Below, one piece after another: positions 1 through 8,648 of a stretch of DNA of 64,000 bases (position 1 is its first letter; every line of letters begins with the position of its first letter). Source of the stretch: Blastocatellia bacterium (lineage in GTDB: Bacteria; Acidobacteriota; Blastocatellia; UBA7656); assembly GCA_963765495.1 (NCBI GenBank), contig CAVXWP010000007.1, positions 1 to 64,000 of the forward strand, written 5' to 3'. A program made the position numbers and the translations under genes. Below the pieces are notes generated by a model. It was not told where the DNA came from. It saw only the letters and a program-made list of their open reading frames with translations, and made no database searches.

Positions 1-874
1 GTTTGCGCGAGATTTTGACGGGAAATGGGGCCGGCACTTACCTGTAAAGTGGCGGATGTGCGTGAATATAGGCCTCAAAAGGTGTCTGGAACCTTCAAAA
101 ATAGTCGTACATGCAGCTTTAATGGTGTGTTGAAAGCACATCGAAATGGATCGAGATGTTGTTAAGAGTATCCATGTGAGAGCTAGACAATCCTGAAAAA
201 TGGGTAAAGAAAATATCAGGAAGAATGATGAAAGAGTCGGAAGGCAACCGAAAAACATTCTCTCCTACGGTGGAATACTCTGAAGGTTTGTTTGTTCAAA
301 GAGGATTGTGACCCTCAATTCTTGTGCGGAAAATTTGTAAAAACTCCTGGACGGAAGGCAGATGCGGAATGCAAGTAGCAATGTGAGACAAGGCTGTACG
401 GGTGAATTGCGAGTTGAACAGTCCTTCCTATTCTCAATGGAATGATGTTTATTAAGGAGCGGTTTGGGCGGCACAAATCGAGATTCACCAGGACGAAAAG
501 TTGTTCGGGCCTCACAAGATGGGGTAGTACCAAAAACAAGCCTCTTTTTTGTACCATTTCTTTGTACCGATCTCGAAATTCGCATGTAACTCGATTCTAT
601 GCACAGGTTGGCAGAGCTTGTACCAATCTACAGAGTATAGGAAAAGAAGAAGAAATAAGACGTTTGAGAAGCAAGAAGGGATTGCGCTAAGAAGTGTAGA
701 GATAACAAGCGACTGAGGAGGGGTCAGGCCGGATCTCCCAGGCAATTATTGTTTGAAAATGACAACCCTGGAATTGCGAGGCTCCACTCCTCTGATGGCG
801 GAAGATGTGCGACTGATAAACGCCAACTGGCGAGCGGCAAACATTCACTCAGCCAGATAGAACGATCTCTACGA

Positions 875-2053
875 CTATCCGTTGCTCGGCAGGTCGTTAA
901 TCTCATCCATAATCTCAGCTACTCGTCGGGCTGTTTGCGTACTGGGATTGACGTACCGATAGGTAGTATTTATTTGGGTGTGGCCTAGCGTTCTACCCAC
1001 CTCTGCAAGCGGTAGGTTTTTTGAAACCAGGTGTGTAGCGTGAGTGTGGCGCAGATCGTGAAAACGCAGATCGGGCATACCCGCTGCTTCTCTGGTTCTG
1101 GCAAATCCCTTCTTGGAGCTTGTGGTTATCCCGAACACGAGGGAGTCAGGATCGCCACTTGAGTGCTGCTTCAAAGTCAGTAGTTCTTGAGTGAGTCGCG
1201 AGTTCAGGGCAATCTGCCGTTCTCGAAGGGTCTTGGTATTGAGCGCTTGAATGTTCATCAATCTATTTTCAAAGTCAATATCGGACCACTTGAGTTTAAA
1301 GATCTCCCCTCGTCGCATTCCAGTGTCCAAAGCGCAAATAATGATCACTCTCAGGTGCGCCCTTGCTCCTGTACATGCGGCGAGTAACCGTTCTTCTTCC
1401 TCTTTTGTGATGATGCGCTCGCGTGGTTTCTCATCTGCCGGATTTATGAGGGCATCACCCATCTCAAAAGGATTCTTAATGAGCCAGCCGTTTGATACTG
1501 CGACATTCAAAATCCTGCGAAGCAAAGCGAGTTCTTTATGAACTGTTCCTATTGATCGCTGGCGGTAGCTGACGTTTCCGGGTTTATCTATCCCTCGCGT
1601 ATTCTTCCCGAAGGCCGTAGGAGTCTTGAGTCTAATGGCCTTGAATTTCTTTATATCTCCGTGTGTGATCTCTTTGATCCGCTGATTCCTGAAATAGTTC
1701 TTGAGGACTTTGAGATTCAAGTTGAGCACATACTTTCCCCGGTAGCCTGCAACCTTGCGCCCGTCCACATACTCAGGGTCAATCAGATAAGTTTCCTGAT
1801 AGAAGTCGGCTAGCCGGGCAAATGTCATATTAGCCCCTTCAACAGCCCTCCTTCCCTGGCCTTCCATTTCCTCAAGCATCTTTTGGGCAAGCTCTTTGGC
1901 TGCGGTCTTGGTATTGGTATCCGGCTTTTGAATCCACTGGCGGCGATGTCCTTCGTCGTCAAAATACGAGACACACGCGAACCATTGCCTGACTCTTTTG
2001 CCGTTCTTCCACTTCCACTTTACAATTGCTGCTCCGGTCCTGTTGCGAGGCAT
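875..2053 (-). CDS. Phage-type tyrosine recombinase/integrase
   Basis: 392 aa with the catalytic set TGMRRGEI (R), NTKT (K), HDLRH, LGH and TYRY (Y). The N-terminus is basic and resembles an arm-binding domain. Confidence 0.95.
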   Translation of the reverse strand: MPRNRTGAAIVKWKWKNGKRVRQWFACVSYFDDEGHRRQWIQKPDTNTKTAAKELAQKMLEEMEGQGRRAVEGANMTFARLADFYQETYLIDPEYVDGRKVAGYRGKYVLNLNLKVLKNYFRNQRIKEITHGDIKKFKAIRLKTPTAFGKNTRGIDKPGNVSYRQRSIGTVHKELALLRRILNVAVSNGWLIKNPFEMGDALINPADEKPRERIITKEEEERLLAACTGARAHLRVIIICALDTGMRRGEIFKLKWSDIDFENRLMNIQALNTKTLRERQIALNSRLTQELLTLKQHSSGDPDSLVFGITTSSKKGFARTREAAGMPDLRFHDLRHTHATHLVSKNLPLAEVGRTLGHTQINTTYRYVNPSTQTARRVAEIMDEINDLPSNG

Positions 2054-2129
2054 AACCTTCTCCCGAGTTGGTATGCGAGGTTTCTATAGCGGCACACGAG
2101 TCGAAGTCATGATGAGGTTTCAGAATTTT

Positions 2130-2157
2130 GGTCAAACATTCGGTCAAACATTCGGTC
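2130..2157 (+). repeat. Tandem 12-bp repeat GGTCAAACATTC x2.3, candidate integrase arm-type binding sites
   Basis: ggtcaaacattc-ggtcaaacattc-ggtc read directly, about 80 bp upstream of the int start. The function is inferred. Confidence 0.6.
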
Positions 2158-2256
2158 TCGACACGAGTAAACAGAGAAACGCACTGATTGACAGAGAAGG
2201 GAAAAAAGCCCCGAAAAAGCAGAGTATCTATTCTACAGAATCATTGCGATGAAACA

Positions 2257-4575
2257 CTAGTGACCGTCAGGCTTAACACCTCGGTTGCGAAGTTGCTTTT
2301 CTCCTTCTTGCTGCTCCAATCTGTAGAAGTCCAGCATCACATCCGTTTGCCCGCGCAGGTCGCGTGCTAACCGCTCTAATGCCACCCGCACAACATCCCG
2401 ATGGTGCACTTTGTGGCGGGCCGGAATCTTGCTCACATCCAGCCATATATTGTGAATCAGATTCAGATCGTTTTCTGTGAGAGAGGGGGCGTGCGCCCCA
2501 AGATAAAAGATGCGCTCTTGACCGCCCGGTTCTACTACAGTGAATTTAACCTGGCGACGAGGCTTTTCTAATAATTGCTCCCACGCTCGACCCAATCGGC
2601 GCGCCTGCTCATCCGCACTCATCTTTGCCGACTGTCCCGTAACTATCTCGGCTGAATCCAGTCGCATCGCGGTCTGCGCTACTGCGTCGAAGATGTTAGT
2701 TGAGGGTACAATTACTAAATTGACCGGCTTGCCGTGACGCTCGGCAAGCGCCACAACCTGTGTGAACAGGCGCTGCTCATAATCGGTAAACAGGTTAACA
2801 TCAAACAGATCGGTCTCACCCGCGCCGGGGCCCTGTATCAATCTTACTGTCATCACTACTATGTCCTGCTCTTCCGGGTTTACACGCTCCAATGTGCGGT
2901 CAAGATGCGAAAGCGTGTTGTAGTCTCGCACTGCAACAAAGACATTGCCTGATCTTGCTCCGACCGCCTGCTGATCAATAAGCTCGTTGCGTTGCAACTG
3001 GAACTTATCAAGAGTACCTATTGTTCGATCCAACTTCCGCTGGCTGATGCGTTCCGAGATAGTGAAGAGCGCAAAAAAAACAGAGGTGAAAATGATGCCA
3101 GCCACCGTGGCGACCTGCTTTGTAAGCAGGTTTGTCAGAGCAATCGAAAACAGTATGAGCGCTATCACGATAAGGCCAGCCGGAATCTCTATGCGGCCCA
3201 GGCGGATGTTTACAGGCACACGCCATTCGCGCTCTTCCGGTCGCTTGAACCGTAACACAACCGTTGCCACTGCATTGAATGTGAAACTCCATATCACACC
3301 GAATGCATAAGCCTCGCCGAGTACGAATATGTTGCCGCCCGAACCGATAATCGTTGCGATTTGGAGAATTACTATAAGGTTGACGATTCGATAAGTCGTG
3401 CCGTACTTGTGGTGCGGGGCACGGAACCAGTCCGTAAGCACTCCGTCTTCTGAAACTCGATTGAGCACGCCGCTCGACCCGATGATAGCCGTGTTTACTG
3501 CGCCCGATAGCATCAGAAATCCCACGATCACCACGAACGCCTGAAACAACAGCTTCAAGTACAGGGGGCCTACGAAATTCATCGCCAACCCTGAGATCAG
3601 GTTATCAAAATACTGCGATCTTATTCCATCCGGTATGATTGCCGACGCAAAGAACGAAACCAGGGATGTGAACATCAAAGAGTAAATGAAGATTATGACC
3701 CCGGCGCGTTTGAGATTTTTAAGCTTCGGCGCTGCAAGCTCACGGTTGACCTGCGCAAGCGTCTCTTCACCGCTCATCGCCAGCACCGAATGGCCAAAGG
3801 CGATCAGTATCCCGACGGCCCCGATAAAGCTCGGCGCGTTCTCAGCTATCCGAAACCTGTCGCCTTTCGGACTAAACCATGTCCAGGGTTTAAGCCAACC
3901 CAGCGCATCCCCAGAAAAGCTCAGGTTGGAGGGCAGAGGAAGGGGTGGCAGCTTTCCGCCTTTTTCGATAAGCGTCAAGCAACTCCAAAGGATCATTATC
4001 ACAACCATTGCGGTCGTGACATACATTATGCGCAACGCATCGGTGCTCGATTCGTGAATCCCTTTGATGTTGCGCCACCAGAAATAGAGCGTCACGGCGA
4101 TAGCAAACAGCATCGCCGTGTAGTTCGGTGGAAAGTGCGCGGCAATGCCGAATCGCGGCAAGAGATCGTTGGCAAGCCCTGTCAGGTAGAGACCGGCTGA
4201 AACTCCTGAGATCGGCCCGGTCAAAATGAAATCAAATATAAGCGCCGAGACCGATAGCTTGGCTGTGGTGCCGCCCATCGCTTCTTTGACTACGCGATAG
4301 ACCCCGCCGCGCGTGAACATCGAGCTTGATTCGATGTAGAGAGCGCGAACCGCATAGCTGAACAACATCACGCCGAGAATGAACCAGGGCGCGGATTTGC
4401 CTACGAATTGTTCTGATATGCCGCCTACGTAAAAGGCGGATGAGCCAAGGTCATTCAAAACGATTGCAGCCGCGCGCCAAAATGAGATGAACGAAAGCAT
4501 CACCGTCGTGGCGACGACCACTTTGACGCGATTTTGAGTTGTTATGGTCTTAGTTGTAAGGCTGTCTTTCTCCAT
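2257..4575 (-). CDS. APC-superfamily permease with a cytoplasmic C-terminal USP-like domain (KimA/YdaO-like, probable K+ transporter)
   Basis: About 12 TM segments; TM1 'DLGSSAFY', 'GGVY', TM6 'AMSGEETLAQ'; soluble C-terminal ~250 aa; sits at the end of the kdp locus. Start placed at ATG 4575 (MEKDS). Confidence 0.8.
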   Translation of the reverse strand: MEKDSLTTKTITTQNRVKVVVATTVMLSFISFWRAAAIVLNDLGSSAFYVGGISEQFVGKSAPWFILGVMLFSYAVRALYIESSSMFTRGGVYRVVKEAMGGTTAKLSVSALIFDFILTGPISGVSAGLYLTGLANDLLPRFGIAAHFPPNYTAMLFAIAVTLYFWWRNIKGIHESSTDALRIMYVTTAMVVIMILWSCLTLIEKGGKLPPLPLPSNLSFSGDALGWLKPWTWFSPKGDRFRIAENAPSFIGAVGILIAFGHSVLAMSGEETLAQVNRELAAPKLKNLKRAGVIIFIYSLMFTSLVSFFASAIIPDGIRSQYFDNLISGLAMNFVGPLYLKLLFQAFVVIVGFLMLSGAVNTAIIGSSGVLNRVSEDGVLTDWFRAPHHKYGTTYRIVNLIVILQIATIIGSGGNIFVLGEAYAFGVIWSFTFNAVATVVLRFKRPEEREWRVPVNIRLGRIEIPAGLIVIALILFSIALTNLLTKQVATVAGIIFTSVFFALFTISERISQRKLDRTIGTLDKFQLQRNELIDQQAVGARSGNVFVAVRDYNTLSHLDRTLERVNPEEQDIVVMTVRLIQGPGAGETDLFDVNLFTDYEQRLFTQVVALAERHGKPVNLVIVPSTNIFDAVAQTAMRLDSAEIVTGQSAKMSADEQARRLGRAWEQLLEKPRRQVKFTVVEPGGQERIFYLGAHAPSLTENDLNLIHNIWLDVSKIPARHKVHHRDVVRVALERLARDLRGQTDVMLDFYRLEQQEGEKQLRNRGVKPDGH

Positions 4576-4775
4576 AAAGGAACAGTTCCCCCATCCTCTT
4601 CGCTTCTCCGTTACGGACAATGGACTCTGCAAAAGGCAGAGACACCACCAATACCAGCCGCTTCAAAGCTGTTATTCACTGAATTAGAACTGGTGCCAAT
4701 GCTCCGCAACGGATAGAAGGCGGCAGGCAAAATAGACGAGCGCGATTTGCAGTCAACACAGATTCTCAAGCAATC

Positions 4776-4831
4776 ATGCTAAGCCTTCGTGCATAAGGAT
4801 GGCATAAAATCTTTATAAAGATTTCGTAAAG
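4776..4831 (-). promoter_or_regulatory. KdpE-type binding array (4 hexamers, 11-bp period) plus -10 TAGCAT for the APC permease
   Basis: Minus-strand TTTACG/TTTATA/TTTATG/CTTATG at exact 11-bp spacing (4825, 4814, 4803, 4792), then 10 nt to TAGCAT. The architecture is nearly identical at 13233-13287. Confidence 0.75.
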
Positions 4832-4951
4832 ATTAAGAGGTAAAAGCCGCAGAGTAAAGAGAGACAGCCAAGCCGGGACGTGGAGATGCGGAGAGGTGGG
4901 GATTGGGGTAATGTGCTTCGTGCAAAGATTCGCTATGTCGCCGTGTCTCTT

Positions 4952-6097
4952 TCATTCCTCAGAGACCGGGACGACCTGCACGGTCGCGCCGCGCACTTCG
5001 TCCAGAAAACGATTTATTACTGAGCCGTGCAGTAAAATATCGAGCCGCGAGCGAGCCGATTGGCCGAAAATGACATGCGTGATACCTTCGCGCCGCGCAA
5101 ACTCGATGAGCGCATCGGCAACCCGGCGCGATTTTAATTTTATTACTTTCGCGCCCAACTCTTCGGCGAATCGAATGCTTTCCATTAGCGCCGCGTAATC
5201 TTCGGGCTTGATGCGGCCCGGTTCCTCACGCGGTATTTCCACGTAGAGCGCATACCAGTCGGAAGCATAGCGCCCGGCTATGCGTGAACCTGTGCGAAGA
5301 AGTTTCTTTGCCCCGCCACGTGAAGAGATGCATACCATGACCTTTTCAGGAATGGCTGCCTGCTCAAGCCCTTCGCGCTCGCGGTAATCCTTCGCTTTTG
5401 CGGCCTGGTCTTCGGCCACCTGCCTGAGTGCAAGCTCACGCAAGGCGGACAGGTTGCCTTTGCGAAAGAAGTTCGTGAGCGCCTGTTCGATCTTTTCGAT
5501 GCTGTAAATCTTTCCCTGGCGAAGGCGTGTGCGAAGCGTGTCAATAGAGACATCAACATTGACCACTTCATCGGCGCGGCGCAAGAAATAATCGGGTATG
5601 GTTTCGCGCACACGGATGCCTGTTATCCGAGCTATAGCGTCGTTGAGCGATTCAATGTGCTGCACGTTGACAGCGGTGATGACCGATATTCCCGCTTCGA
5701 GTATTTCAAGCACATCCTCGTATCGCTTTTGATGCTTCGAGCCAGGCACATTTGTATGCGCAAGCTCATCAATGATGATAATTTCGGGTTTGCGGGCGAT
5801 GATTCGATCAACATCCATCTCTTCAAGCGTGACGCCGCGATACTCGATGCAACTTAGCGGAAGCTGCTCAAGGTCGCCTATGAGCAGTTCGGTTTCAGCG
5901 CGGCCATGCGGTTCTATGAAGCCGATGACTACATCCACGCCCTGCCGCTTGAGGTGGTGCGCTTCTTCGAGCATCTGATAAGTCTTGCCCACGCCCGGAG
6001 CCGCGCCGAGATACAATCGCAGCCGCGCACGTCTCGCCTGCCGCTCGTGGGCGAGCAGCGATTCTGCTTTCGGTCGTATATCAACAATTTGGTTCAT
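4952..6097 (-). CDS. kdpD: KdpD N-terminal sensing module (KdpD domain + USP), stand-alone
   Basis: Walker A 'GAAPGVGKT', 'DELAHTN', 'NVQHIESLND', 'ALRELAL' and a C-terminal USP domain. No TM or kinase domains. Confidence 0.92.
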   Translation of the reverse strand: MNQIVDIRPKAESLLAHERQARRARLRLYLGAAPGVGKTYQMLEEAHHLKRQGVDVVIGFIEPHGRAETELLIGDLEQLPLSCIEYRGVTLEEMDVDRIIARKPEIIIIDELAHTNVPGSKHQKRYEDVLEILEAGISVITAVNVQHIESLNDAIARITGIRVRETIPDYFLRRADEVVNVDVSIDTLRTRLRQGKIYSIEKIEQALTNFFRKGNLSALRELALRQVAEDQAAKAKDYREREGLEQAAIPEKVMVCISSRGGAKKLLRTGSRIAGRYASDWYALYVEIPREEPGRIKPEDYAALMESIRFAEELGAKVIKLKSRRVADALIEFARREGITHVIFGQSARSRLDILLHGSVINRFLDEVRGATVQVVPVSEE

Positions 6098-7950
6098 CTT
6101 ATGTGTCTGACGCTAGCAGGGCCGCCTTGCAACATTGTGAACGTAAAGGTCGAGCCTTCGCCCACGCGACTCTCGACGCCCACATGCCCTCCCTGCGCTT
6201 CGACCAATCGCTTTACAAGCGCCAGCCCTAAGCCAGTGCCGCCCGCGTTATCGCCTACACGAACGAAGCGGCTGAATACGACCGGCAATCGCTCTTCGGG
6301 TATGCCCTCGCCCGTATCGCGCACGCTGAAAAAAACTCGCCCGGCGCTCTCTCTTGCTTCAATCGTAATCTGCCCGCCGCGCCCGGTGTGGCGTAAGGCA
6401 TTCGACAGCAGATTGTCAAAGATGCGCGCTACGGCCTCGCGGTCGCCAGTAACCCACGGCAGGTCAGGCCAGACATTATTCTCAAGTTTTATCTGCTTGC
6501 TTTCAGCCATGCAATGAAACTTTTCAATCGCTTCGCGCGCCAGATCAACAGGTCTGAGCCGCTGGATTGAAAGCCCTCGCGCTCCCGATTCAATCTCTGC
6601 CACTTCAAGCAGGTCATTCATTAAATCCTCTAACTTTGCCGCATTCTCTTGCGCTGTCCTGAGCATATCCGCCTGTTGATCGTTCAACTCGCCTACGTAG
6701 CCTTCTATAACTGTATGAAGCGCAAGCCGAAGCGAATGAAGCGGCTCGCGCAGCTTGCCCGATGCGACCGAGATGAAATCTGTTTTCAGACGATCAATTT
6801 CGGTTATGGCTGTGATGTCTTCAAGCATCGTGACCGCGCCAAGCAATCGCCCTTCGCCGTCGCGCATCGGGGTGGCGCGGAGCCGAAAACTGCGTTCGGT
6901 CCCGCCTACTTTGACGGGCACGAGCGCGGCCTCGCCTTCGGCTGCGACAGGCCGCTGCATTGCGACCACGTTACGCACGGCGCTCAGTATGCGTTCGCCT
7001 CCCGTGAATTGCGATAGTGAAAACTCGATGTCGTTTTGATCGCCGTCGCTGAACAACTGGCTGGCCGCGCGATTGATCTTCAGTATGTGCCCGTCTGCGC
7101 CCGTTACTATCACCGGCTCATAAAGAGAATCAATCACCGCGTCCGATTTCTTCTGTTCGACAAGCAACCGCCCGTAATCTGATTTGCGCATCTCGCGCAA
7201 CCGTAAAAGCATACGGTTGAACTCCCGAGCGAGCACGCCTATCTCATCCTTTGATGAAATATTTATATGCTGATCCAGGTCGCCTTCTCCTATCCGCCGC
7301 GCCTTCTGGCTGAGAATTGAAATCGGCGTGACTACGTAGCGCGTGAATCGCCACGCGAATATCAGGGCCAGAGTGAGCGCGAGCGCCGCCGCCGCTATGG
7401 TTGAAATTTCCGCCCGCCTCGATACGGAAATGGCTCGGTTGTTGGCCGCTATCATCGCCTGCTGGTTGAGGCGCAGCAGGTCGTCCAGCCTCTCTTTGAT
7501 CGCGATGAACTGCGGCTCAAGCCTTTCAAAATAGATGTCGGACTGCTCGCTTGCCGTCAGAGTCGCCGCCGGGTTGATAAAACTTTCAAGCTCGCTTCTA
7601 TAGCTCTGATACTTTGCGTTTATGTCGTAGATGATTTCAGGCTCGCCTTTTTCAGTGATGTTATTTGCGGCGATCTCAAATTCCTGAGAAAACCTCCGAC
7701 TGTTTGCCTCAAACTGCTGGCGGGCTTTATCGGGGTGATTGGCGATGAAAAACATCGCTGCGGAATCCTGCCGCTCAAGCGATTCTTTCATGTTTTCCGC
7801 CGCAAGGATGCTCTTGTAGTTGTTGACCAGTATCACATCAATCGCGCGACCAAGCCCGACCAGATGATAGACACTCCACGCGCTCACCGCGAAGATGACG
7901 ATTATCAGCAGGCCATAACTCAGCGCCAGTTTTTGCCTCAAGCTGTTCAT
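6094..7950 (-). CDS. Membrane sensor histidine kinase-like protein (periplasmic 4-helix, HAMP, PAS, HisKA, HATPase) lacking the canonical phospho-His
   Basis: Two TMs, HAMP 'DEIGVLAREFNRM', PAS, N box 'NLLSNALRH', G1 'DTGEGI', G2 'GTGLGL'. The H-box reads 'ASGKLREPL'. Start placed at ATG 7950. Its stop overlaps the kdpD-N start (ATGA). Confidence 0.88.
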   Translation of the reverse strand: MNSLRQKLALSYGLLIIVIFAVSAWSVYHLVGLGRAIDVILVNNYKSILAAENMKESLERQDSAAMFFIANHPDKARQQFEANSRRFSQEFEIAANNITEKGEPEIIYDINAKYQSYRSELESFINPAATLTASEQSDIYFERLEPQFIAIKERLDDLLRLNQQAMIAANNRAISVSRRAEISTIAAAALALTLALIFAWRFTRYVVTPISILSQKARRIGEGDLDQHINISSKDEIGVLAREFNRMLLRLREMRKSDYGRLLVEQKKSDAVIDSLYEPVIVTGADGHILKINRAASQLFSDGDQNDIEFSLSQFTGGERILSAVRNVVAMQRPVAAEGEAALVPVKVGGTERSFRLRATPMRDGEGRLLGAVTMLEDITAITEIDRLKTDFISVASGKLREPLHSLRLALHTVIEGYVGELNDQQADMLRTAQENAAKLEDLMNDLLEVAEIESGARGLSIQRLRPVDLAREAIEKFHCMAESKQIKLENNVWPDLPWVTGDREAVARIFDNLLSNALRHTGRGGQITIEARESAGRVFFSVRDTGEGIPEERLPVVFSRFVRVGDNAGGTGLGLALVKRLVEAQGGHVGVESRVGEGSTFTFTMLQGGPASVRHIR

Positions 7951-8037
7951 GCAGCTCCATAACGATTGGCTCTTGTCGGGCGACAAGAACTGTAAGAGTC
8001 AAGCAGCGCCGGATAGAAGCAATGAAAGATGATTCTT

Positions 8038-8640
8038 TCACCTGTTGTTTGTCATGCCTTCTGTCCGGCCCCTCTTTCCCTCAATCTCATCAAGCGCGAG
8101 GTTCAATTCGAGCACGTTGACGCGCGGCTCGCCTAGTATCGCAAATGTCCTGCCTTCGGTATGCTCACGCACCAGCCGTCTCACCTCACCCTCTTCCATA
8201 CCTCGCGCTTTAGCCACTCGCGGCACTTGAAACTCTGCCGCCGCAGGTGAGATGTGCGGGTCAAGCCCTGATGCCGATGCGGTCACGAGATCAACCGGCA
8301 CGGGCGCGTTGGGGTTCTCTTTCTGCCTGTTTTCAGCCTCTCGCTTAACGCGCCCAATCAATCTATTACTCGTAGGGCCCAGATTTGACCCGCCCGATGC
8401 TCCCGCGTCATAACCTGTGCCTGCCGCAGAAGGGCGCGAGTGGAAATAGACTTCGGATGAAAAGGGCTGGCCGATGATGCGAGAGCCTATGACCACGCCA
8501 TCGCGTTTGATCAACTGCCCGTTGGCCTTTTCGGGGAAGATCGCCTGCGCAAGCCCTGTCACGATGAGCGGATAGACCAGCCCGAACAGAACAGTTGTCA
8601 CTATGATCATCAAAACAGATGTTACAAAGTTGTTCTTCAT
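8038..8640 (-). CDS. kdpC: K+-transporting ATPase subunit C
   Basis: 'YFHSRPSA', 'SGGSNLGP', '[15 protein letters not shown]', '[11 protein letters not shown]'. Confidence 0.97.
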   Translation of the reverse strand: MKNNFVTSVLMIIVTTVLFGLVYPLIVTGLAQAIFPEKANGQLIKRDGVVIGSRIIGQPFSSEVYFHSRPSAAGTGYDAGASGGSNLGPTSNRLIGRVKREAENRQKENPNAPVPVDLVTASASGLDPHISPAAAEFQVPRVAKARGMEEGEVRRLVREHTEGRTFAILGEPRVNVLELNLALDEIEGKRGRTEGMTNNR

Positions 8641-8648
8641 CTTAACTC

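Larger units (their letters stand above)
1..2256. mobile_element. Right edge of an integrative element (prophage or genomic island) continuing off the left of the window
   Basis: Tyrosine integrase at 875-2053, visibly more AT-rich sequence than the rest of the window, and tandem 12-bp repeats upstream of int. Host-like genes resume at 2257. The exact boundary is not determinable. Confidence 0.6.

Noticed and set aside
2054-2256. tRNA or tRNA fragment as the integration site
   Set aside because: No cloverleaf or GTTCGA/TCGAAC T-loop with a CCA end is visible on either strand.
4576-4775. ydaO/c-di-AMP riboswitch ahead of the KimA-like gene
   Set aside because: The conserved riboswitch segments I recall (GCUGAAUCC, GGGGUGAAU, GUCAGCUAA) are absent.
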